Part shown: piece after piece, positions 25,269 through 33,306 of the stretch
Numbering within the stretch: position 1 is the stretch's first letter
Layout of the letters: each line of letters opens with the position of its first letter
Source: an uncultured Porphyromonadaceae bacterium
Lineage (GTDB): Bacteria; Bacteroidota; Bacteroidia; Bacteroidales; UBA12481
Assembly (NCBI GenBank): GCA_964444375.1
Contig: CAYUGX010000001.1
Coordinates: 5,686-52,490 of the forward strand
Reading direction: 5' to 3'
DNA length: 46,805 nucleotides
Notes under the pieces: generated by a model
Databases searched by the model: none
Told to the model about the DNA's origin: nothing
The model's input: the letters and a program-made list of their open reading frames with translations, nothing else
Program-made: the position numbers and the translations under genes

Positions 25269-27188
25269 CTATTTCGAAACAATCATTCTTTTCGTTTCTG
25301 TGAATTGTCCGGCCGTCAAGGTATAAAAGTAAATTCCGGCTTCCAATTCATCGGCATGCAGCGTACAGGTGTGCTGACCCGCTGGCTTTCTGCCTTCATC
25401 AATCAACATCACTTTACGTCCGGTCATGTCTGTGACCTCGATAGAAACCTCCTGAGCAGATCCCAATTGATAAGTAATATCAGTAGTTTTTCTAAAGGGA
25501 TTTGGATAATTCTGATCCAAACTTGAAACCGATTTCAAGAGATCGACATCATCAATGATGTTACTGTGATCATTGATGAATAGTTTTATCAAAGGGTTCC
25601 GGTCTGAAACGAAACTTCCGGTGTACCAGCCTGCTTCGTCCCAGCCTATTGACCGGTTGTCTTTGTATCCGGTAGTCATGTCTACCCCGATGGTTAGATT
25701 ATTGTTCCGTCTGTCCCACTTGCTGTAATGGAAATTATTGTATTGTATTCCCGCGTACACTATATCCCCTTCAAACAGGAATTCTGATTCTCCGTCTTTC
25801 TCGAAGGGCAAATAAATCCAGGAGTTAAACATACTTGAATCCAATACCAATGTTTCTGTGGTTAGCCATTCCAGAGCACCCATACCGTCTGGATCCTCGT
25901 CAGGAGGAGGTAACCAGAACAAGGTGTATCTGAAATCAATTGAATCATCGGCCAATCCGCCCATAATGTAAACGGATACCCCATCGACTTCACAGTCTCC
26001 ATAAATAGGGAAGATTGATCCCACAAAGTGATCGAGATTCCAAAAATCTTCTCCAAAACCATCCCGATAACGTTCAAATCCATAAGCCCAGGCCAGCTCT
26101 ACTGTTTCGTCAGCCCGGCTGTACACTGAATCGGTGACATGAAAAAAGATGGTTTGTTCATTGTCTTCGGGCGTACTTTCTTCCTCTGCCTGGTTCCACT
26201 TGAAAGTGATCCCATAATGACCATAATCCTCAGGAGTAAACGCCTCTTCAAGCCTCACCGTATCTATCCACAATGGATTCAGCCAGGTTGGTTCACTGGT
26301 GCTATTGAATATACTCTGGCTATTCTTTTTCACATCTACTTCAAGGAACATGTCATTCTGCTCAAATTCACCAAAATTCAGCACACTGGATTCCCAGGCG
26401 AAAAATGAACCACCCAGTTGGGAGTATGGCATTTGGTAAAAGGTACTCTCAGCTGTTTCCTCATCGCCATCGTCCCATTCGAAGCTAAAGTGCTGCATCT
26501 GCAGGTCATTGTCCCAGGCTTCGAGTACTTCGAAATCATCAACCAGCCAAAAATACATCCCTGTTCCACGCCATGTGAGTCTTATTACGACCTCTGACAT
26601 TCCGGCGGCAACTTCTGAAATATTGGCCTGAAAAACTGTTGCTTCTCCGGGAGCGATATCATTGGGGCGATCTTTATGCCCGCAATCGAATCGAGCATCA
26701 AATGCTGCCCAGTGTACTCCTGCGTCATTGGATACTTCAAGAAACATTTCCCAACCTCCTGAATAGCCCATGAAGTTAGTCAGGTAACGTACAATAACCG
26801 AACTGTGGTCAGAGCAGTCGAGTGTTGGAAACACTACCGAGTTATTCACCGGGATCAAATCACCAAGCGCTGTATAGTTGTTATACAGGTTAGCAAACAG
26901 ACAGAGATGGCCATCATCTTTGGTTAGCGATTGAAATGGTGGTTCAAAGGTCCATTCAGCACGCAGGCTGTCGTTTGGCCACCAATGCCAGTTGAATCCA
27001 TTTCCATCTGGATCTTCCATGTAGAAACCTTCGGGAGCTGTCCATCCCTTTTCATCATCAGGGTTACCCCAGTCAAAGGTTTCGGAAAAAAAGACTTCAC
27101 CGTCTCCCTTGAGTCCTTGTGCAGCTGCATTGGATAGAAGGAGACCCATGAATAAAAGTGTAAATAATAGCGTAAAGGTTTTTTTCAT
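25269..27188 (-). CDS. T9SS-sorted secreted protein, tandem paralog 1 (choice-of-anchor-J/MAM-like N-terminal region)
   Basis: It has a signal peptide (MKKTFTLLFTLLFMGLLLSNAAAQ). The N-terminal FSETFDWGNPDDEKGWTAPEGF resembles choice-of-anchor J openings. The CTD reads LDQNYPNPFRKTTDITYQL...GIYFYTLTAGQFTETKRMIVSK. The track start at 27269 runs through the upstream terminator and is rejected. Confidence 0.8.
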   Translation of the reverse strand: MKKTFTLLFTLLFMGLLLSNAAAQGLKGDGEVFFSETFDWGNPDDEKGWTAPEGFYMEDPDGNGFNWHWWPNDSLRAEWTFEPPFQSLTKDDGHLCLFANLYNNYTALGDLIPVNNSVVFPTLDCSDHSSVIVRYLTNFMGYSGGWEMFLEVSNDAGVHWAAFDARFDCGHKDRPNDIAPGEATVFQANISEVAAGMSEVVIRLTWRGTGMYFWLVDDFEVLEAWDNDLQMQHFSFEWDDGDEETAESTFYQMPYSQLGGSFFAWESSVLNFGEFEQNDMFLEVDVKKNSQSIFNSTSEPTWLNPLWIDTVRLEEAFTPEDYGHYGITFKWNQAEEESTPEDNEQTIFFHVTDSVYSRADETVELAWAYGFERYRDGFGEDFWNLDHFVGSIFPIYGDCEVDGVSVYIMGGLADDSIDFRYTLFWLPPPDEDPDGMGALEWLTTETLVLDSSMFNSWIYLPFEKDGESEFLFEGDIVYAGIQYNNFHYSKWDRRNNNLTIGVDMTTGYKDNRSIGWDEAGWYTGSFVSDRNPLIKLFINDHSNIIDDVDLLKSVSSLDQNYPNPFRKTTDITYQLGSAQEVSIEVTDMTGRKVMLIDEGRKPAGQHTCTLHADELEAGIYFYTLTAGQFTETKRMIVSK

Positions 27189-27229
27189 CGTATTGATTTT
27201 ATGGTTAAAACTTTTCAGACCAGGGCGAT

Positions 27230-27237
27230 TAAAGGTA
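27230..27237 (-). promoter_or_regulatory. candidate -7 box (TACCTTTA on the minus strand) for paralog 1
   Basis: Plus-strand TAAAGGTA lies 42 nt upstream of the ATG at 27188. The match is imperfect, with a final A instead of G. Confidence 0.3.
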
Positions 27238-27253
27238 CAAATCACAATGAAAT

Positions 27254-27285
27254 AAAAAAAGGCCCCCACTTTGTGGAGGCCTTTT
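27254..27285 (-). terminator. rho-independent terminator of the 27308 gene (T-runs on both strands)
   Basis: ggcccccac-ttt-gtggaggcc (27261-27281) is flanked by aaaaaaa and tttt. The stem and the C-A mismatch position are the same as in the 25213-25244 terminator, and only the loop differs. Confidence 0.7.
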
Positions 27286-27307
27286 GGTTTAGGTCAAGGG
27301 ACTTTTC

Positions 27308-29221
27308 CTATTTGGAAACAATCATTCTTTTTGTTTCGGTAAATTGTCCGGCAGTCAGGGTGTAGAAATAAATTCCAGCATCCAGTTCATCTGCATTCAG
27401 GGTGTAGCTGTGCTGACCAGCAGGCTTAGAGCCTTCGTCGATCATCATCACTTTACGTCCTGTCATGTCAGTTACCTCGATGCTAACATCCTGAGCTGAT
27501 CCCAGCTGATAGCTGATATCTGTGGTCATTCTGAATGGATTCGGATAGTTCTGATCCAAACTTGAAGCCGCAGCAACCAGATCAACATCATCAATCACAT
27601 TACTGTGGTCGTTGATGAAAAGTTTAATCAGCAGGTTCCGCTTACCAATAAAGGAACCGGTATCCCAACCCACCTGTGGAGTCCAACCGATGGAACGAGG
27701 ATCATGTCTTGGTGAAGTTTTATCCGCACCAACAACAAGGTTTTTGTTCCTTCTGGTTAACTCATGATAGTGCATGTTAGTATACTGAATTCCAGCATAT
27801 ATCATGTCACCTTCAAACAAGAATTCTGATTCACCATCTTTGTCAAATGGTATGTATACCCATGTATTAAACATAGATGAGTCCAGTACATATTGCTCGG
27901 TGGTTAACCACTCAATAGCACCTTCACCATCGGGATCTTCCTCTGCAGGAGGTTCCCAGAACAGGGTGTAGCGGAAGTCAATGGAGTCATCGGCCAAACC
28001 ACCCATGATATACACAGAAACACCGTCAACTTCGCAGTCGCCATAGATAGGGAAGCGCATACCGGCAAAGTGGTCAATGTTCCAGAATTCCTCACCATAA
28101 CCGTAGGTATAGCGCTCGAAACCATATGACCAGGCTAATTCTGGTGTTTCATCAGCACGGCTATATACCGAGTCGGTTACATGGAAGAATACGGATGCAG
28201 AGTTGTTCTCTGGTACCTGGTCTTCTTGAGCCTGCTTCCAGGTCCACTTGATTTCATAATGACCATATTCTTCAGGTGGAGCAAAAGAACCTTCGAGTTT
28301 GGCCGTGTCAATCCACAGTGGACTCAACCAGGTTGGCTCTGACGTTTCATTATAAACACTTGTTCCAGCCTTTGAAATGTCAACCTCTAAGAACATGTCA
28401 TCCTGATCTTTTTCACCAAAGTTCAGAACGCTTGACTCAAACAGGTGGAAAGAGTTACCGCCTAATTGTGACAAAGGCATGTAAGTTGTTGTACTTTCCA
28501 TGGTGTTCTCATCACCGTCATCCCATCCAAGGGAGAAGTGCTGCATCTGGAGGTCATTGTCCCAGGCTTCAGCCAGCTCGAAGTCATCAATCAACCAGTA
28601 GTACATGGACGTTTCGGCCCATCTGATTTTAATGATCACCTCGGCCATACCAGCTGCTACTTCAGAGATATTGGCCTGGAAAATCACAGGCTGACCCGAA
28701 GCCGCGTCGTTCGGACGGTCTTTGTGACCGGTACCAAATCCGCAATCATAAGCTGCCCAGTGTACACCAGCATCATTTGAAATCAAAATTTGCTGCAAAC
28801 CACTTGAGTAGTTCATGAAGTTGGTTTCATAGCGAAGAATCACTGAGCTTCTGTCACTGAAGTCAAAAGCCGGGAACACGATGGAGTTGTCTAATCCAAT
28901 CCTGGGATCCAGATAGTTGTTGTACAGGTTTGAAAATAGACAAAGGTGTCCGTCTTCTTTTGAGGTCGACTGGAACGGAGGCTCCTTGGTCCACTGAGCG
29001 TCAAGACTATCATTTGGCCACCAGTGCCAGTTGTACCCGTTGTCAGTTGGATCCTCAAAATAAAAACCATCAGGCAACGACCAGCCCCGCTCATCATCGG
29101 GATTTTCCCAACCAAAAGTATTGGTGTAGAAAACCTCGCCATTACCTTTTAAACTTTGCGCCTGGGATACAGTGTAGCCAACAAGTGCAAAGAATGCAAG
29201 CAGAAGAGTAAATTTTTTCAT
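27308..29221 (-). CDS. T9SS-sorted secreted protein, tandem paralog 2
   Basis: It has a signal peptide (MKKFTLLLAFFALVGYTVSQAQ) and is collinear with paralog 1 over its full length with an identical CTD ending. The track start at 29227 is a TTG, so I use the ATG at 29221. Confidence 0.8.
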   Translation of the reverse strand: MKKFTLLLAFFALVGYTVSQAQSLKGNGEVFYTNTFGWENPDDERGWSLPDGFYFEDPTDNGYNWHWWPNDSLDAQWTKEPPFQSTSKEDGHLCLFSNLYNNYLDPRIGLDNSIVFPAFDFSDRSSVILRYETNFMNYSSGLQQILISNDAGVHWAAYDCGFGTGHKDRPNDAASGQPVIFQANISEVAAGMAEVIIKIRWAETSMYYWLIDDFELAEAWDNDLQMQHFSLGWDDGDENTMESTTTYMPLSQLGGNSFHLFESSVLNFGEKDQDDMFLEVDISKAGTSVYNETSEPTWLSPLWIDTAKLEGSFAPPEEYGHYEIKWTWKQAQEDQVPENNSASVFFHVTDSVYSRADETPELAWSYGFERYTYGYGEEFWNIDHFAGMRFPIYGDCEVDGVSVYIMGGLADDSIDFRYTLFWEPPAEEDPDGEGAIEWLTTEQYVLDSSMFNTWVYIPFDKDGESEFLFEGDMIYAGIQYTNMHYHELTRRNKNLVVGADKTSPRHDPRSIGWTPQVGWDTGSFIGKRNLLIKLFINDHSNVIDDVDLVAAASSLDQNYPNPFRMTTDISYQLGSAQDVSIEVTDMTGRKVMMIDEGSKPAGQHSYTLNADELDAGIYFYTLTAGQFTETKRMIVSK

Positions 29222-29285
29222 ACGCAAACAGATTAAAGAAATATTAAATTACAATTGAACAATCTCGTTTTTTCCTCGGCAGCGT

Positions 29286-29293
29286 TAAAGATA
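29286..29293 (-). promoter_or_regulatory. candidate -7 box (TATCTTTA on the minus strand) for paralog 2
   Basis: Plus-strand TAAAGATA sits within gttaaagataaa, the same string found upstream of the sulfatase. It lies 65 nt upstream of the ATG at 29221. Confidence 0.3.
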
Positions 29294-29384
29294 AACAGAG
29301 AATCGAATAATCCAAAACCCTGCGCCCACTTATGGAGCAGAACTACCCAATTATTTCAAAAAATAACTCGTCTAAGCGATTATT

Positions 29385-31790
29385 TCACCTCACAATCCAC
29401 TCCTGGATACCGGTTGAGTACTCTTCATGAAGCTGCATTTCGAGTCTAAGTGCAGTCGTTTTGATCGGACTGAAAGTGATCTTATTGAACTGATCTCGTT
29501 CATTTGGATACCCCAATTGAGGGCTTAGGGTTTGCCAGGCATTCCCATCTTTGTAAAATAGGGTATACGACGCTGGCACTCGACATCCAGCATTGAGGTC
29601 TTCATCATCGAACCAAAAAATTTCGATTTCGGATATGGTCTCTTGGGCCTCAAACGTCATTTCAACCCATTCCTGGGTTCCAAAGTTTGGCCACCAGTGG
29701 ATATGACCAAATTCTTTACTGCTTGATTTGGTGGGTACCAATTGATCATGAATCGTACTTAATGATCCTTTGGTGGGAGAAGAAGTCAGAGTTGCTAATG
29801 AGGCAATGGTCGGAGCGGGCAAGGGGTTGGCAGATTCAACCATTTCAGGGATCCACACGGTCATTTCCCCTCTGCCGCGATTTGCCCATGAATAGTAGGG
29901 AATTGCAGTTAGTACTTCGTCTCTTTGATCTACTCCTTCATCCAGCCTTTTGGTCAGAGAATACCCACTGGTTTGAATAATCCCTACACCATTCAGCATT
30001 TCAGGTTTATAGTTGTAGGAGAAATCAGGATTCTCAGCCAGGGCCATATGCAATACTTTTTGCTCTTCCTGATCGGGCCATTCGAGGCAATAGACTAATG
30101 GTCCTCGTTGAATCGCAACCTGACCACGATCTGCCTCCACCAGTTCATGAGCGCGAATGCGTTTTATATCCATAGGGAAATTCAATTCAACCACATCTCC
30201 GGGTTCCCAATTGCGGTTAATTACAGCATAGCCGTCTTCCATACGCAAGCCAGCTTTCTTGCCATTGATCTTCAATTCAATGTCTCCAGATGGCTGATCA
30301 AGGAATTCATACAAATCGCTTGGGACCACCTCATCCCGGGCCCAGCCGGGGATTCTCAAATACAAGGCGAATTTCTGTTTTTGAGCAGGTTTCAGTTCCA
30401 GTTTGACCTGACCCTCCCAGGGATAGTCGGTAGACTGTTTGAGGACCAGCTCCTGATCATTCACCGTCAGGTTAGCTGAACTGCTCGCATACAGGTTGAC
30501 AAATACTTTTGATTGTTTAATGCCATATAGGTAACCGGGTATCGATGCCAAGAAACGAGTCATGTTACTTGGGCAGCAAGCGCATCCAAACCAGGCACTC
30601 CGCTCATGTTGCCCCCTGGATTTCAGTGGATTCGGGTAGAAAAACCGATCGCCGCTCAGGCCCAAACCGCTGATAACACCGTTGTACAGGCTTCTCTCCA
30701 GTACATCCATGTATTTGGCTTCTCCTTTCATCAGAAACATGCGGTGATTCCAGAAAACATTGGCAATGGCAGCACAAGTCTCACAATAGGCGCTCATATT
30801 TGGCAATTCATAGTTGTCTCCATAGGCTTCGCCGTGCCCAGAGGCACCCACTCCCCCTGTAATGTATAACTTCTTTGTCACAACATTATCCCAGATGCGG
30901 TCAATGGCCTGCATGTAATCCTGATTGCCTGTCAAAGCGGCAATATCGGCCATTCCGGTGTACATATAGTTGGCCCGAACAGCATGCCCTACGGCCTCTT
31001 CCTGATCGGTTACTTTCTGGTGCGATTGCGAATACTCACTCCCGCCTTCCCTGACATCCAGGAAAAATTTAGCCAGATCGAGATATTCTTCCTTTCCTGT
31101 TACCCGGTACAGTTTTGCCAGACCAATCTCAATCTCCTGGTGTCCGGGATAATTCTCCTCCTTACCCCATCCAAAATCCCTGACGAGAAGATCGGCGCTT
31201 TTGGTGCAAATATCAAGAAAGGTCGTTTTACCAGTCGCCAGGTAATGCGCAACTCCGGCCTCATACATGTGCCCCAGGTTATACAATTCATGGCTCAAAT
31301 CATGGGTCAGTTCCCATCGCCGGCTTCCTGCCCAGGGGTGGGCACTGTCGCCCATAATAGTTCGATTGGTGTACAAATACCCATCGGCTTCCTGAGCAGC
31401 GGCTATCTTAACGAGCAAATTGTCTACATAGGCGTCCAGCTTTGGATCCGGAAACATTTGCATCGAATAGGCTGCTCCTTCAATGATTTTAAACACATCA
31501 GAATCATCAAAAGGGTAGATTGAACAAAACGATCCTTCTTCCCAACCTGCTGCAATTTCAAAATTCTTCACGCGGCCTGTTTTTTCGGATTGATCAAAAG
31601 CATAAGGAATCGTGAGTTCGTGGTTCAACTTAATGCGGGGTGACCAAAATTGATCATGCAGGGATACTTGATTAAAGGCCACGGGTTGAATCGGATAATC
31701 ACCCGTAATGTCTGTCTTTGTTTGGCAAGCAGTGAAGATCACTGCGATTATAAACAGACTACTAAATGAAGTAAATGAGTGCTTTTTCAT
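29385..31790 (-). CDS. glycoside hydrolase family 127 (DUF1680; beta-L-arabinofuranosidase-like) with a C-terminal discoidin-like domain
   Basis: It has a lipoprotein-type signal (AVIFTACQ). The Cys-rich GH127 motifs are CETCA and WFGCACCPSNMTRF. The C-terminal ~130 aa (HIHWWPNFGTQEWVEMTF...ALRLEMQL) resembles an F5/8 type C domain. Confidence 0.85.
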   Translation of the reverse strand: MKKHSFTSFSSLFIIAVIFTACQTKTDITGDYPIQPVAFNQVSLHDQFWSPRIKLNHELTIPYAFDQSEKTGRVKNFEIAAGWEEGSFCSIYPFDDSDVFKIIEGAAYSMQMFPDPKLDAYVDNLLVKIAAAQEADGYLYTNRTIMGDSAHPWAGSRRWELTHDLSHELYNLGHMYEAGVAHYLATGKTTFLDICTKSADLLVRDFGWGKEENYPGHQEIEIGLAKLYRVTGKEEYLDLAKFFLDVREGGSEYSQSHQKVTDQEEAVGHAVRANYMYTGMADIAALTGNQDYMQAIDRIWDNVVTKKLYITGGVGASGHGEAYGDNYELPNMSAYCETCAAIANVFWNHRMFLMKGEAKYMDVLERSLYNGVISGLGLSGDRFFYPNPLKSRGQHERSAWFGCACCPSNMTRFLASIPGYLYGIKQSKVFVNLYASSSANLTVNDQELVLKQSTDYPWEGQVKLELKPAQKQKFALYLRIPGWARDEVVPSDLYEFLDQPSGDIELKINGKKAGLRMEDGYAVINRNWEPGDVVELNFPMDIKRIRAHELVEADRGQVAIQRGPLVYCLEWPDQEEQKVLHMALAENPDFSYNYKPEMLNGVGIIQTSGYSLTKRLDEGVDQRDEVLTAIPYYSWANRGRGEMTVWIPEMVESANPLPAPTIASLATLTSSPTKGSLSTIHDQLVPTKSSSKEFGHIHWWPNFGTQEWVEMTFEAQETISEIEIFWFDDEDLNAGCRVPASYTLFYKDGNAWQTLSPQLGYPNERDQFNKITFSPIKTTALRLEMQLHEEYSTGIQEWIVR

Positions 31791-31799
31791 GTTAGCAAA

Positions 31800-32492
31800 T
31801 TAAGTATTGGATTTTTGTCCATAATATGCATTCGGTCCGTGCTTTCTCGAATAGTGCTTATCCAGTAAGGTTTTCTGTATAGGATTCTGATTGCCCAAGA
31901 CATGAGTTTGGTAAGCCATTTTGGCAACTTCTTCGAGTATGGTGGCGTGTTTAACCGCATCCTCGACAGTTGATCCCCAGGTAAAAGGTCCGTGCTCAGC
32001 AACCAATACGCCTGGTATGGCCAGGGGGTTCAGATTTTTAAATCGTTCAGCGATCACTACACCCGTGTTCAATTCATACCCATCCTGAATTTCATCTGGA
32101 GTAAGTTTTCTACTTAGGGGCACAGGTCCATAAAAATGGTCGGCATGAGTAGTACCCTGACAGGGTATCTCACGACAAGCCTGAGCCCAAGAAGTGGCCC
32201 AGGATGAATGGGTGTGTACGATTCCTCCTATGGATGGAAAGGTGCGGTACAGGGATAAATGAGTATCAGTATCTGATGAAGGCTTCAATGATCCCAGACA
32301 TTTTCCTGTGTCTAATTCAACGGGGACCATATCGCCGGCCCTCATTCTATCATAATCAATTCCACTGGGCTTGATGTAAACTATCCCCTGCTGTCTGTCA
32401 ATAGCACTTGCATTACCCCAAGTGAGTTTGACCAATCCTTTATTGACCAACTCCAGATTGGCGCTTAATACTAACTCTTGTAACTCGTTCAT
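31800..32492 (-). CDS. araD: L-ribulose-5-phosphate 4-epimerase
   Basis: MNELQELVLSANLELVNKGLVKLTWGNASAIDRQQGIVYIKPSG parallels the E. coli AraD N-terminus, and HTHS is among the zinc ligands. I use the ATG at 32492. The track start at 32498 is a GTG. Confidence 0.9.
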   Translation of the reverse strand: MNELQELVLSANLELVNKGLVKLTWGNASAIDRQQGIVYIKPSGIDYDRMRAGDMVPVELDTGKCLGSLKPSSDTDTHLSLYRTFPSIGGIVHTHSSWATSWAQACREIPCQGTTHADHFYGPVPLSRKLTPDEIQDGYELNTGVVIAERFKNLNPLAIPGVLVAEHGPFTWGSTVEDAVKHATILEEVAKMAYQTHVLGNQNPIQKTLLDKHYSRKHGPNAYYGQKSNT

Positions 32493-32506
32493 AAACACTG
32501 CAGTTT

Positions 32507-33202
32507 TTACACATCCAAACTGAAATAGTATCCCTTAGCTGTCAATTCATCGTATTTTGCTTGCTCAAATCGGTACAAAAAGGCCCCTTTCTTCGAGCTG
32601 CTTTTGTCTTTTTCGTTCAACTTTTCTAATAAATCAAGTGAAAGAATCTTCTTCCTGAAATTGCGCTTGTCCAATTCTTTCTGATAGATGGCTTCATAGA
32701 GGCTTTGCAGCTGAGGCAGGGTAAATTTATCGGGGAGTAGCTCAAAGCCAATGGGCTGGATTTTGGCTTTCCTCCGCAAGCGTCTTAAAGCCTTCGCCAC
32801 CATGTCACCATGGTCAAATATCATTTCAGGTACCTCATCGATTGTCAACCATTGGGCGGCATTTTCTTCAACAAGCGCCTGATCCAGTTCGCTGACTTCT
32901 ATGAGAGCATAGTAGGCGACTGAAACAACACGTTCACCCGGATCCCGATCAATCTGACCGTAAGTCTGAAGTTGCTCCAGATACACATCACCCAAGCCTG
33001 TGAGATCCAATAATATTCGCTCTGCAGCATCTATAAGGTTTTCATCTTTCTTCAAAAACCCTCCGGCAAGCGACCACTTCCCCTTGGCTGGCTCAAAATT
33101 CCGTTTCAACAGTAATAGTTTGAGCTGTCCTTTGTCAAAAACAAAAATGATGCAGTCAACAGCAATTAACTGGCGATCTTGATGGGGGTAATATTGGTTC
33201 AT
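32507..33202 (-). CDS. NrtR-family (Nudix-related) transcriptional regulator, candidate arabinose regulator
   Basis: The N-terminal Nudix fold has a degenerate box (GGFLKKDENLIDAAERILLDLTG). The C-terminal winged HTH reads FTLPQLQSLYEAIYQKELDKRNFRKKILS. It sits directly upstream of araD-GH127, as the Nudix-type AraR does in Bacteroides. Confidence 0.8.
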   Translation of the reverse strand: MNQYYPHQDRQLIAVDCIIFVFDKGQLKLLLLKRNFEPAKGKWSLAGGFLKKDENLIDAAERILLDLTGLGDVYLEQLQTYGQIDRDPGERVVSVAYYALIEVSELDQALVEENAAQWLTIDEVPEMIFDHGDMVAKALRRLRRKAKIQPIGFELLPDKFTLPQLQSLYEAIYQKELDKRNFRKKILSLDLLEKLNEKDKSSSKKGAFLYRFEQAKYDELTAKGYYFSLDV

Positions 33203-33214
33203 GCCATAGTATTT

Positions 33215-33257
33215 AAGTGTTAAAATTACACTTTCTTGGGCTATTTTACAAATGTAA
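33215..33257. promoter_or_regulatory. two short inverted repeats in the divergent regulator/S9 intergenic region, one containing a minus-strand -7 box
   Basis: aagtgt-taaaatt-acactt lies at 33215-33233 and ttaca-aa-tgtaa at 33246-33257. Plus-strand CAAATGTA (33249-33256) is the reverse complement of TACATTTG, a perfect -7 box 47 nt upstream of the regulator start. Confidence 0.35.
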
Positions 33258-33306
33258 TATTAGACATCATTTTCCTAACTTCGGGATTTACAAAAATGAC
33301 AGCATC

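Noticed and set aside
27189-27269. Longer track starts for several genes: 27269 (paralog 1), 33217 (S9 peptidase), 37792 (efp), 42689 (cvpA), 12698 (epimerase), 3032 (XRE) and 18314 (M14).
   Set aside because: In each case an internal ATG gives a canonical N-terminus or signal peptide. The extension also overlaps a terminator, a -7 box or the upstream gene. Several of the longer starts are TTG or GTG codons.
25914-28054. The idea that the paralog pair represents a diversity-generating retroelement (template and variable repeat), or recent gene conversion.
   Set aside because: There is no reverse transcriptase in the window. The 19 substitutions I counted in the conserved block involve all base types rather than adenine-specific changes, and all are synonymous. 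This is the opposite of targeted hypervariation and of recent homogenisation.
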